Part shown: positions 1 to 11,929 of the stretch, piece by piece
Layout: the number at the start of each line of letters is the position of its first letter
How positions within the stretch are numbered: the first letter of the stretch is position 1
Assembly: GCA_050575255.1 (NCBI GenBank)
Contig: JBNZDD010013718.1
Span: 6,441,058 to 6,505,057, forward strand
Reading direction: 5' to 3'
Source: Harriotta raleighana
Lineage: Eukaryota
DNA length: 64,000 nt
The notes under the pieces: model-generated
The model's input: only the letters and a program-made list of their open reading frames with translations
The model's database searches: none
Told to the model about the DNA's origin: nothing
Translations under genes and position numbers: made by a program

Positions 1-570
1 ACTAGACAGTTGCAGAACAAATCCTTTCTTCTTCTCTAAAACAGTCTACTAGTTGAGACTTAACCAGAGTCAACCAAACATTAATCGGCAGTGAATGGAA
101 ACCTCTGTATTGGGCAGAAGACAATGTGTTAGAATAAGTGTCATTTTTCATAATTTAATCTTTTGCCGGGATATGAGTACTGTGAGGTTGGACTGTCATC
201 TGTTCTCACAGGAACCATGAAAAATTATAATAAAATAACACTTATCAAAAGCCACAGTACACTTTAATTCATCAAACAGAATAAGTCTGCCTTATATTCC
301 AGTCCTTCTTATTTGATCACTCGGAGCACAATGATGTTTTGAAGGTTTGATTAATGATTGATTACAATGGATTCTGGCAGAATTCAATAAATAATTTAAC
401 AGTGAGATCATTCCCACACATTCCTCTTCATTCTCTCTCCTCATTTGTACCATATTCAGGGACATAGCCTCAAGCTGAAAGTACCATATTTTACCAAGTG
501 GGTACTTGAGTGCAGCCGTATAGAGCATATTTGATAAGAGTATAAGAAAGCAAGGAATAAGAAAAGGCCC

Positions 571-910
571 GGGGGAGCAAAGTATTGTTGGTGGTATCTT
601 CCTTTTGATGGCACGTTACATCAAGGTCTGCCCATTCAAGTGGACGTTAAAGATCCCATGGTACTGTACTATGTGAAAAGAAAATAGTTTTTCCCTGTGT
701 TGTGGTCCACAATCCCTCAGATATTATTGATTGTTCACCTAATGGCTGTTGGTGGGACATATCTTACCGTGTGTAAATTGGCTGCTGGAATCCCCTACAA
801 AACATTCAGTCTCTACACTTGACTGTAAACTCTGTGCAGCACTTTGAGACGTTCTTCAGACATGAATAGCACAATATCAAAATCAAGAGTGGTTATTATT
901 ATTATTATTT
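571..910 (+). mobile_element. DeuSINE (SacSINE1-like), 5'-truncated, L2-type tail
   Basis: Contains GTGGACGTTAAAGATCCCATGG, then GGCTGTTGGTGGGAC...AAATTGGCTGC, GCACTTTGAGACGT and a (TTA)n tail. Colinear with the full copy at 40561-40988. Confidence 0.75.
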
Positions 911-1264
911 TACTACTACTGAAGCTATTCTTTCATCTACATATCAATTCTTCCACATACATTATTTCCTTTACTGCAAATAAATGACTTCACCTAAAAA
1001 ATAGCTGCCAAATTGTAAACCAAATCTTACTCTAACCAAAAGCTGGGGCCTGCAAAATGATATGGGGTACTGGGATATAACAGGTGATCAAATGGGAGGA
1101 ACTGAAGTTGAAGGCAGGGCTGAAACATGGAATTTAATAATTTGAGCATAAATCAGCGCTAAATGAAATTAATTCCTGCAGAATAAAGATTGAAACAGCT
1201 CTAAATCTGATGACTTAACCAGCTGGTGAGGTGAACATAGTCCAGTCAGCAAATCAGCAGATAT

Positions 1265-1510
1265 AATAAGAATCCTTCATTTTGAATGAATGCCTCACCT
1301 CGAGAATGTCTCCAAGCACTTCGAATATTTTCTGTAAAATGAAGTAACTGTGTACAGTATTTGCAGCTAATTTACAAATGGAAGTGTCCAACAAGCACAC
1401 AAACAGTCATGAGGATTGTTGGCCAGAATATTGGGAGAAATGTTCCCTTTATTGAATAGAGCCATGGGATCTTTAATGTCTATTTGAACAAGACTTAGGT
1501 TAACGTCACA
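1265..1510 (-). mobile_element. DeuSINE 3' half, degraded
   Basis: Reverse tail ATAATAAGAATCCTTCATTT and GCCATGGGATCTTTAATGTC (reverse complement of the Deu core). Confidence 0.7.
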
Positions 1511-2896
1511 GATTCAGTAAATTCAGCAAGCCCCATCACCTCCCCCAGCAAACTCTAAACAGGATGAATTGGCCTCAAAGTTTTCTCACCACACTATTAT
1601 TTCAAGAAGAACCTATTAGTATTATCAACAGAAATGATTTATTTCTGGGAGTCAGCATCTTTGCATTTGGCATAAAAGGGTGCAGCAATTTTCAGGCCAA
1701 TTTCACTTATTATCTTGTACCATAATGAGCCCAAAGCTCACAGCTATAGCACTATAATTTTTTTCACTTTCGATCACCGCTTTGTTTGAACGGAGCGCAA
1801 CTTTATTGCAGCTGATTGGATGGCTCTCTCTTGGAAGGAGTCGTCTTGAAAGACATCAATTGTTTACATCCACACAGATCTACTTAACATTAAAACCTAA
1901 TACCCCCAACTCTAAATGAAGTCCAATTAATTAATACAATCTGCCATTCACTTGTATGGGTTTCAACTCCTCTGTACTGCAAGTGTCGGGTTCACTGGAT
2001 TCTTCTCATTGTTACTGCTCTGTTTTCCAGCAGAGCACAGAATCCTGCATCACTTCACTGCAGCTAAGAATTGTAGCAAATTGTAAATTACAATTTAAAA
2101 ACAGTATGTCTATTTGTTCAAAGATCCATCGTGTTTGATCAGAAATGTTGCTGCTGTTCTCAGATAACCATGTGTTTGTTTGGTTACCCGCAACTCTTTC
2201 GAAAAACATTAAAAGCCCGGCTTTCAAGGTATCTAAGGTTTCTGTGGTCCTGTTGTTGTTTCAAACATCGATCTTTAAATAATGCTGCTGTAAGCTTTTC
2301 TAAATTTATATTGTCAAACATAGTGGTGTAGAATTCACAGTTTCCTGGGTTGAGGAGCATTACATGTTGTTTCAGGGCCCATGTCACTTATATCAAATAT
2401 GGGTTTTATTGTACCTGGGTATATTTGGACCAGTCTAAACTGCACCATAGATAGGGTCATCTGATGGTTTAGACCAAGGAAGAGATTTGGAGGGGATGCC
2501 TCACCTCAGAATCTGTCCTGAAATTGTCTTCTGCAACGCTAAACGCCTGTCCATCTGCATGTACAATACGTCCGAGAAGGGTGAAGTAGGAGAATATTGT
2601 GAATGTCATTGTTTCAGAGGGAGGTACATAAGGTAGGAGGAAAGGGCTTGTGTTGGCATGATATTCCTCAGAGTTTATACTGATCAGTAAAATGTGCAGC
2701 ATTGCAATAATACCACCGTCTTAATGATTTAATACAAAACTTTAAGAACTGCAGTGTCATACAGATATAATTAATTTATTTCACTTATCAGAGTTTTCCC
2801 TTTCTGAGTAACTGCAATACAGGAGCTGCTTACAATTCACAAAGTCATATTCAAACCCTTTTGGTTCTTGCCAAACTGGATCCAATGCATGTAGAT

Positions 2897-3313
2897 TGTT
2901 TGTAGATTGAAATCGGCAATTTACAACAATCGTGAACAGAGATTTAAATCTCCTTGCCATTGGGNCTCTAGGTGTGTCCTTCCAGGGAGATAGAGAGTGC
3001 GCATTCCATTTCAGACATGGGAATTTCCATAAGTATATGGCATACATGGAATCTCTAACACAGAGATGGGATTCCACATGCATCAAATCGCTGATTTGGA
3101 TTTAAATTTGCCATTAAATTTCAGAGACTAAAGGATTCCAGAATAAAAAGCAATCCTCTTGGACTCTCCAGTCCATATCCATTTGAATCAGGAAACTGGA
3201 CTACATTTTGTATTTCAAGGCCAGTTCATCACACTTTCTTGGTCATGTTTGTAGATTGAAATCGGCAATTTACAACAATCGTGAACAGAGATTTAAATCT
3301 CCTTGCCATTGGG
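2897..3313. repeat. 68-bp identical duplication across a single N (probable haplotype bubble)
   Basis: 2897-2964 equals 3246-3313. N at 2965, then 280 bp of unrelated sequence before the second copy. Confidence 0.85.
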
Positions 3314-3728
3314 ATTTGGAAGGGAATAGAGTTGACTTTAAATGTCTGATGTATGCTGTTGCTGATACGCCATATGATGGACAGTAACTATAACTAAATT
3401 AAGCCAGACATTGGTGCCTTAGGGTGATGAAAGATACATTGAGCTTTCATTGCTATCACATCCTCATGTAAACCAATACAAATGAAGTCATGCTGAAGAT
3501 GTGATGATCCATCACTGCATTAAGAAATCACATGATTACAAATTTGATGGTAGGATGTGCAGGAGTCATTTCAACATATACCACACACACCACCATAAAT
3601 ACCTGTTCAGAAAGAACCCCTTGGAAAACAATTTGATGAGACTGTTACTGAGACAAACCAGTTCTGGAGGCAGTGCTGTTGTCCAGCAATTAGAGCAGTT
3701 ATAGGTTATTGTTATTCTTATTGTCATC

Positions 3729-3938
3729 CTTACTCCACACACCTAATAATAATAATCCCTCAAAAAAAATTGTCATTTCAATCCATGACTGTTTGTGGAT
3801 CACTGTTGTGCACTGCCACATTGCGTTTTGCTCACAAATATACAGTCAATTCAGTTTACAATATATTTTGTGAAGCGCTTTGAGACGCTTAGAAGATGTG
3901 AAAACGCTATATCAAATGCAAGGATTATTATTATTGTT
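3729..3938 (+). mobile_element. tRNA-derived SINE (young type), head missing
   Basis: CCTTACTCCACAC...CTGTTTGTGG...GAAGCGCTTTGAGACG...GCTATATCAAATGCAAGGATTATTATT. Confidence 0.9.
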
Positions 3939-4936
3939 GGGGTCTACTTAGAAATATTTCTCAATAAGGAATCAGTTCTGCAAATGGTAACCGGAAGTAT
4001 GTCACCCCAAACCACGGGAATTCTGCTCTGATACAATCTACTTCCAGAGTGGAGTCTGACAGGTTGCCTGGAACTCAAATGGCTTTCCTTACAAGAAGTC
4101 ATGACCAGAATTTTTTCTAGGTTGACTTTTGCACATATCAAGGCAGGATCACAGTGGAAGCTACTCCTGGCACAGGATCCTGCACTGTAGAGGAGTGAAG
4201 CAAGCCAGGACCCCACCGGATAATGTGAGTGTTCGAGGTCAGGAAACCCTTGTTGCCCCCTTGGTTGAACAAACCTGACATATGGTCTAGGTTCAAGAAA
4301 ATGACTGATTGGAAAAGGTATGAGGACAGCTGGTATCTGTGCAGTCATAGTCCAGCAAGAGCCTCCAACTTTAGGAAAGAAAATTGTAATGAAGATATTC
4401 CCTGAAGCGCATCCATGATACTAAATACATTTGATGAGAAATATTAAAGCCTATGACTTGGCTTCCAATGACAATGTAAATATCATTGAATGGAAAGCAA
4501 GATGCTCTTATCGGAATGGAAAATGGTTCACAGCACAAAGATCAGCCGTGCTGTCAGCAGCACAGGCTCCTTGTCTCGACACATAGAAATTTGTAGCTGA
4601 TCAACTTGTAGAAAGATCAAGAATGCAAAAGAAGCATGTCCAACCACATCTGTGTTTTTCAACAGAAAGGCAAACATTTGAGTGATGATAATAAGGAGGT
4701 CATGACCCAGGCTACCACAAACCTTGATAAGAAAAGGCGGCTTGCAATGAAATGCAATATACAATAGGGTGGATACCTCCAATTTTCATTGATGGTGTTT
4801 GTTAAGAGAATATGTATTAAAATCAAAGTTGTGGGTGAAACAAACAAACCCTACTCCTACCATTCTACACGCTGCAACACCAATGGCATTCAATGGTCCA
4901 GGTACAATAAGTTCAATAACGATAGCTGATGTGTTT

Positions 4937-5030
4937 TCCCTCCCTCCTGCTCGGGTCCCGACCTGAGTGTTCAGGACTTTGTGACGTCCTCCCGACGTGA
5001 AAGTCGCTGAACAAATGTAATTTTGTTGTT
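4937..5030 (+). mobile_element. L2 LINE 3' terminal fragment
   Basis: TGTTCAGGACTTTGTGACGTCCTCCCGACGTGAAAG...AAATGTAATTTTGTTGTT, the same tail as at 34375, 36545 and 52610. Confidence 0.75.
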
Positions 5031-6249
5031 TCCCCCATTTCTTTCCCTGAGATGCAAGACAGCTCCCAGAGGAATTTGTAGCTTCAGCCCCAGCCAAATG
5101 GTGATGCACTACACACCCACAAGGGGGTGACAAACTCAAATGTCAATCAGGATCCAACTCTCTGTTGGAGAGGAAGTGTGTGCTCTGAGGCTCTGGGCCA
5201 TTTGGATGCCCCTCTGGATTTTGCGGATTATTTTTTTTTGAAAAAAAAGGTCTGCTAATTATCTTTGAACAGAATTGTTTTAGCTATTTTTATCAGGGGT
5301 GGCTAGGGACTGCTAGACTCAGCGATTAGATGCTAGACAGCTGGATGTGTAAATTTATCACTGCTGAACTTCCAGTGAATTTGTATTTGAATGGAGAGAT
5401 TCTAATTAAACAACAGGACTGATGAGCCATTGCTGTTCACTTTTATCTTCCTTTCAAATATAATTAGGAGGCCTGAAGCATAAAGGTTACACGCTGCAGT
5501 TAGCACATAGTCAAGATTTGCCCATCATTCATTACATTCATTGTGGAACCTCTCTCGCCTGTGTTCCATGGCCAAATGGTTATAGTACTAGGAGATAAAG
5601 TGGTCTCACAGAGTGCAAATATTTCCCCGACCTAAAACCTCTGGGCCAACCCCATATGCTCACTGGCTTGCTTGTTCTCTTTCTCTATCAGGAGACAAAA
5701 CGCTATGTAATAGGGAATGCTGCCAAAAACAAATTCCTGAGCTATAAAGAAGTTTCTGAACACTTGGATCCAATTTGACATTACAATTAAAGCACACTTG
5801 GAACACGCATAATGTATTAGTTGTGTCAACATTGACTATTATTGCAGGTCTTGCTCTGTGTATGAGTCTGAATGCTTCTATGGTAACTCCAGTGTATTAG
5901 TAAAACACAAAATGTGCTCTGTTTATCGACAAGCACAAACCCCACCCTGGGTAGCGACCCTGCCCGGTCTTTTACTGAAATTCTATTATCATTAACCCCG
6001 TGAATAATGAACAACCTTTGTAAATGTAAAACGCCCACACAAATGGACAGTAAAACTTTACAGCAGAGCAAAATGGAAGGCATGAAAGCATACATTATCT
6101 CAACACCTAAAACGTTTCTGGATTGAAAAAAATGGAAGAGAAGGATTTACTTACTTGGGATCCCTGAATCTCTTATTCCAAAAGGAACTTATATTCATTA
6201 AAATGTACTCCCCACCCGCTGGTTCTGTTGCAGATACATACAGATTACA

Positions 6250-6540
6250 CTTGAGGCCAGAACATAAACAAAATGTTGCTAGTGGTAGATCTAATAGGGA
6301 GTTTAGAAGTAAGTATTGCATCTTCTTCACAGATAGTGTGATGATAATGTGGAACTACCGATTGAAAGCTGTGGTTGAAGGAAATAGCATTAATGTATTT
6401 AAGAGAAAAATTTGATCCGTACACAAAGGGAGAAGGGAATCGAAGGGGTGGGGGCTACAAATGGAACATAAACAATTACAAGGAGCAGTGGGCCAAATAA
6501 CCTCTTTCCTGCTGATACACTCTATGTAACACTGTATGGA
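6250..6540 (+). mobile_element. CR1 LINE 3' end
   Basis: Translates as FFTDSVMIMWNYRLKAVVEGNSINVFKRKI, the CR1 ORF2 C-terminus (FFTQRVVxxWNxLP..VVEA.SI..FKR). Followed by the GGGCCAAATAACCT 3' UTR hairpin motif. Confidence 0.8.
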
Positions 6541-6551
6541 TGTAAATATTA

Positions 6552-6603
6552 CAATAATACTAATAATCCTTGCATTTGAAATAGCGCTTTTCACATCTTC
6601 TAA
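6552..6603 (-). mobile_element. SINE/L2 tail only
   Basis: TAATAATCCTTGCATTTGAAATAGCGCTTTTCACATCTT. Confidence 0.85.
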
Positions 6604-6899
6604 ATATAGCCATATTTTACTATGTGGGTGGATAGTAAGGTTTTGAATATAATGTAGAATGAAAACTCTTGAGTTTTGTTTTAGTCCATCTCACTTGGCA
6701 CAGAGAAAAAAGAATAATAAGTGCAAAGGGGACCAAACACCCAGAGCGAATATTAAAAGTCTCCGTGTTACATTGGCTTTCCAGCAGGCACTTCACCAGC
6801 ACCTACAGGAGGAAAATTGGCCAAAGTTCCATTTGTTATTTTTTTTGGAAACTGGGAAAGTTCTGATCATTTCCAGCAAGCCCATTTCCATGAATTATC

Positions 6900-7327
6900 C
6901 AGTGCCCGATGCGAGGAGGCCACTAGTGAACATTTGATTCAAAGATGATGAATCGATGTGAAGTTAATGAATTGGCAGTGTTCAGAGATAGGCAGATGAG
7001 CAGTGGGGCGGATGCCCTCCACTGAAAAAGAACAATAATCCTATTCCACATCCTGCGTTTCATAGCCTCAAAACTGAGTGGCACAGGAGACTCATGACTT
7101 TGTCCTCAACAACACTGAGTTGGGGTTTAAATCTCTCTTGGACTGACGGGAATGAATGTCTTTGTATGATTGTAAGGGAAGTACATTTGGGAAATTTCAT
7201 TCCAGGACTCGGTGGACTATGGATGAACAACACAACATTCCCCACAAATTAATTTGAAATCAGAAAATTTGTTCACAAAGACCACAAGAATGACTGGTGT
7301 AGGAAATGGAAAATTATCACCAGAGAC
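6900..7327 (-). mobile_element. PLE relic (linker to GIY-YIG)
   Basis: Minus strand gives FPTPVILVVF (~IFPxPPLxAF), then TSLTIIQ..SVQERF (~SSLTTIQ..QVRQRF). The distal boundary is a guess. Confidence 0.55.
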
Positions 7328-7779
7328 AGAGGGTACTTTCCTGAGTCTGGGATTAGTCTGCACTATTTGGAAACGATTTAAGGGAATTCTACTGGAACAT
7401 TTATTCTGTGTTAACCCTCAGCTGAGGCGTGCTCAATGCTGCAACTACTGCAGTAGCAAGATTATTTTTAAAACTGTTGCCCATTAACAGTTTAAAAAAA
7501 ACTCATCCACTTCCATTTATCATTTTAAGATGCTCAAAAATGGCAAAAGCTCAACACTTTCCATGAGAAATTCAAACAATTCACATTGGTGCCTTTTGCC
7601 TAACCTGCTGCTTGGTTTCTTGTTCTTTTGGAACTCACACATATACCCAGGAGAGATTTCATTCCATAGTCTCTGGCGATAACTTCCATTTCCTACACCA
7701 GTCATTTTTTATGGTCTTTGTGAACAAATTTTCTGATTTCATGTTATTTTGTGGAGACTGTTGGGTTGTACATTCAGAG
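7217..7779. repeat. Inverted repeat, ~111-bp arms with 341-bp spacer
   Basis: 7217-7327 pairs with 7669-7779 with about 13 mismatches and 2 gaps, including perfect runs of 30 and 21 bp. The ORF track shows MKSENLFTKT and MTGVGNG on both strands. Confidence 0.95.
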
Positions 7780-8356
7780 CTTCTCTTATCAAAAACTTCC
7801 CTGCAGCGATGGCTGCTGGCTTGTTTCATCAAATAGATTGAACTAAAGGAGAACCTTTGATCCATTTGATATCATACTTTCAGAATCTCCATTTTACCAT
7901 CTTCCCATTACACTATTTTTCTGTATTTTGGTATCAACTATTCTCCTGGTAACCTGCTGCAATTGTTAATTCCCCGCTGTTTAAATAAATACCTTCTGGT
8001 ATCTGTCGTAAAATTGCCCTCAGCTCTAAACCTGACCACTCTGCTGTTTTGCATCTGAAAGTATTGTTCTAGGTTTAGTCTCTCATTCCCATTCAATATC
8101 TTTAAATTTTTCAGTCACTGGTTAAATTGATGCTGCGCCATGAAATATCGGAGATGTGGAAATGTTGGGTCAGAAAGTGTGGTTAAATGTGATTTATCAG
8201 AAATTCAGCCGGGTTAGGTCTTTTTTGGCTATAGCAAAAAGAAAGATTTCAAAGGGATATGTTCCAGCAAGTGAGTTTATTTAAACCTCCCTATACTATC
8301 ATGCTGCTCAAGCAACCTCTACAATCAACCCTATAAAAATGCCTGTGTATATGATA

Positions 8357-8666
8357 TAATAATAATAATCCTTGCATTTGATACAGCGCTTTTCACATCT
8401 TATCAATGTCTCAAAGCGCTTCACAGTAAAGTGAATTGACTGTATATTTGTGGGCGAAACGAGGCAGTCAATTGCCCACAGCAGTGTCCCACAAACAGTG
8501 GATTGAAATGACCAATTTTTATTATTGTGTTTTTTTTGGATGGATTATTATTAGGCGTGGGTGGAGTAAGGAAACTTGTCCAAGGTTTCATTCTGATCTG
8601 CTTGGATTCGAACACAGGTCTCATGCTTGTAAGGCGAGTGCTCTCATCACTGAGCTACAGGAGCCA
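8357..8666 (-). mobile_element. tRNA-derived SINE, near full-length (short internal variant)
   Basis: (ATA)n tail, body TTTGTGGGCGAAAC...GTGTCCCACAAACAG, and reverse head with B box (TTCGAAC) and A box (CACTGAGCTA). Confidence 0.92.
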
Positions 8667-9049
8667 TTGTGGATGTACAGTACAGTACTTACTAAAAGTA
8701 GTTGAACAATTTTGAATGTTTCAAGAGATTGTGCACTGGCAGCACTTTTTGAATTAAAATGATTATGTACGACTGGCGAATACATTTTACAGCATGCGGA
8801 GAGGAAGGTTAAGAGGAAACTTGAGAGATCAGTGTGTTTATTCTGTTTATGCAAAACATATGTCACTGTATATTCATTTAATATCTTTCCCTCTAGTCAA
8901 TATCTGGAGTAAAATCTCTTCCATTTGAAGTGATGCTGGAACACAATTACAACTTCACTGGCCCATTTAATCTTGATCACTGACATTTCTCAAGATGCTT
9001 TTAGGTATTAAAGGACTTGAAAGATGCCGAAATGTGATTTGGTTTACAT

Positions 9050-9425
9050 TCACTCTTCTAAGCAGAGGGTCAGGAACCTCAAGGCTGTCGTCCCATTTGT
9101 CTTCTTAAGTGTTTTTTAAGGAAAAGAGTGGACCTGTAAAAGGATTGCTCTATCTGGCACCCGGAGTGTGTTCAATGCATTACCTAGGCCCGGAATGTAA
9201 GGCACTGATGAATGCAGAGCAACAGCCTCTGGAAATCTGTGACCACCTACCTTAAGGCTTTTAGCCTCAGATGAGATCATCATAGGAGTGGAACCTGATT
9301 GACCAGCATGTGGCAATTTCACTGGTCACAAAACAGAGACAAAAGTCTCAATGTCCAAAACGGCTCCTTCATTCTTGCCCCGAAGAAGCAGAGAATGAGC
9401 TTCCATCTCAATCAAATCAAATTCA
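9050..9425 (-). mobile_element. PLE relic, subfamily 2 (thumb/linker)
   Basis: FAIP...VPYIPGLGNALNTLRVPDRAILLQVH is in register with xAIP...VQYFPGAEKLRHVLRSLQHxIDxDEH. Confidence 0.55.
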
Positions 9426-9429
9426 GGGA

Positions 9430-10730
9430 TAGCAAAACTTGCCAGCTGCACTGCACGAGTTAAGTCATTCAATGGGAAAACTGCCAAATAATTTCAGCAA
9501 TAATGGTAAAGCCCAGCCAAAGTCAATGTCATTAAAGTTAAGGCCTGTATTCACACAATACAAGTACAATGGAAAGTGCAATTCACTGCAAGTGAATGCA
9601 ATAACTCAGGACAGATTGCTAACATTGCTTCCTACTCCAAACTATAGCTGATTATGCAACAGGATTTAATCACATTGGCTGCAAATTCCGCTCAGAGACC
9701 ACTACTTAGACTAGTTCACAACTATAGCCCAAAGCCAACCTTTGGAATCTGGATTTTCAGGCTGTCATCACTCATTGCCTGATAGTGTTTTTTTTTTGCA
9801 AGTCTTCTCCTTTCCTCTACGTCTAGAAGCAGTATTATTTAAGCTGTACAAGTTGTGGAATATTTCACCGCAATTGCATAATATCATAAGGTTTTTTCTG
9901 GATGGCAGTGGATGTTAAAACTAGTGTCAGTGTTCTTAGACAAGAGAGAGAGAGAAGAGAGGGAAATATCTAGCCACCCTTTCTGCTTTAGGTCACTATT
10001 CCGAGACCTCCATTTGAAAATTCTGACTTGCGGGTATTGGATCAACGACAGAAGTGGACTCGGATGTTATGCAGCCTGCCAACTCTTGCTGCCCATCCTC
10101 ATACAGGAATGGACACTTGGGTCAAATACATGGCACAGGTTCCCACTTCAGGAAGAGAGGAGAGAAATGGTAAAGGAAAAGATACACCCCAAAAAAACAA
10201 AGAGAATCAAGGCACATCACAGAGACCCAAAGTGTAACAGTTGCATTTTGTAGTCTGGAATGAAGGATATCATCTCATGTAAAACTGCAGTTCCTGATTT
10301 CCCATTCCCCCACCCACCCCCCAAACAAAGAACCTGGAAACAGACAAAGGCAATGTATTAAGAATTGTCTTGTGTTCAGCATAATGCACACAGAAGTATT
10401 GTATCCCTGCTGTGCCAACAAGACTCCTTTTCAATTCAATTAATGAGCCATAAATAACCCAATGAATGTGTCAACAAAAGGTATAATTTATCATACCTTT
10501 CACAAGGAATAGCTCATGTGAGGAGAATACTCATTCACGACTGTGCATTTACATTGAAAATGTACTCCTGTCTTTTCCCACTAAAATTCATTTTGAATAG
10601 GTATTCTCACAGGTGCAGTGCTTTGACAAATGAGGTTTGAATCCTGGTTTAAGATCATGAAGGAACTTGAAACTGAGAGAGATGAACCAAAAATAGTGGC
10701 CTTGAAGTATCAAGCGACTTTGTGTAAATT
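9430..10730 (+). mobile_element. PLE relic, subfamily 2 (RT to GIY-YIG); its 3' part is repeated by the assembly duplication
   Basis: Motifs in order: LQVNAIT..PTPNYS (~IQTHGTA..FAPQYA), ISSHP, LI..F..RREMVKE..TKRI (~RNDLLRR..TDRV), KQRTWKQT (~KQPPNLKQT), STKGIIY, EPKIVA (~EQKLIA). Confidence 0.6.
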
Positions 10731-11892
10731 TGTGATGTAAAAAAGAAACAGACCATATTATTTCATGTTCTTTCCACCAATGGTTCAATTGAGCTCATTC
10801 ACATTGAAGCCTAAAACAGCAGTAGTTTTTAAAGTCTTGGATCGCAGTGGCTAATGGTGCCATTNTTTAAGCTGTACAAGTTGTGGAATATTTCACCGCA
10901 ATTGCATAATATCATAAGGTTTTTTCTGGATGGCAGTGGATGTTAAAACTAGTGTCAGTGTTCTTAGACAAGAGAGAGAGAGAAGAGAGGGAAATATCTA
11001 GCCACCCTTTCTGCTTTAGGTCACTATTCCGAGACCTCCATTTGAAAATTCTGACTTGCGGGTATTGGATCAACGACAGAAGTGGACTCGGATGTTATGC
11101 AGCCTGCCAACTCTTGCTGCCCATCCTCATACAGGAATGGACACTTGGGTCAAATACATGGCACAGGTTCCCACTTCAGGAAGAGAGGAGAGAAATGGTA
11201 AAGGAAAAGATACACCCCAAAAAAACAAAGAGAATCAAGGCACATCACAGAGACCCAAAGTGTAACAGTTGCATTTTGTAGTCTGGAATGAAGGATATCA
11301 TCTCATGTAAAACTGCAGTTCCTGATTTCCCATTCCCCCACCCACCCCCCAAACAAAGAACCTGGAAACAGACAAAGGCAATGTATTAAGAATTGTCTTG
11401 TGTTCAGCATAATGCACACAGAAGTATTGTATCCCTGCTGTGCCAACAAGACTCCTTTTCAATTCAATTAATGAGCCATAAATAACCCAATGAATGTGTC
11501 AACAAAAGGTATAATTTATCATACCTTTCACAAGGAATAGCTCATGTGAGGAGAATACTCATTCACGACTGTGCATTTACATTGAAAATGTACTCCTGTC
11601 TTTTCCCACTAAAATTCATTTTGAATAGGTATTCTCACAGGTGCAGTGCTTTGACAAATGAGGTTTGAATCCTGGTTTAAGATCATGAAGGAACTTGAAA
11701 CTGAGAGAGATGAACCAAAAATAGTGGCCTTGAAGTATCAAGCGACTTTGTGTAAATTTGTGATGTAAAAAAGAAACAGACCATATTATTTCATGTTCTT
11801 TCCACCAATGGTTCAATTGAGCTCATTCACATTGAAGCCTAAAACAGCAGTAGTTTTTAAAGTCTTGGATCGCAGTGGCTAATGGTGCCATT
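9838..11892. repeat. 1027-bp apparently identical tandem duplication split by one N (assembly overlap artefact)
   Basis: 9838-10864 matches 10866-11892, with N at 10865. Three ORF pairs are identical at offset 1028. Confidence 0.92.
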
Positions 11893-11929
11893 GTTAAATA
11901 ATGGGCGATTTGAGGTGGAAGATTTCAGC

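Larger units (their letters stand above)
2060..4930 (-). mobile_element. Near full-length, highly diverged Penelope-like element relic (N-terminus, RT, linker, GIY-YIG)
   Basis: Minus-strand translation follows PLE motif order and spacing: PLN...GVGFV (~PLS...GLTFV), EHLAFHSM (~ERAALHSL), EPR..QPR (~EPR..LPK), G..E.VI (~GYVEQSI), NSIHQTFK..SIPF (~NTFHPxLK..SLPF), NNLHA, PFLLPYVPPS...FRTDSEVRHPL (~PLVLTYHPTS...FRRDxSLRDSL), KQ-x9-C, WIF..N.QF. Interrupted by a SINE (3729-3938) and an N-flanked block. Compared by eye. Confidence 0.7.

Noticed and set aside
9912-11281. Duplicated 113-aa gene pair
   Set aside because: The duplication abuts an N (assembly overlap), and the ORF looks like a PLE thumb/linker relic.
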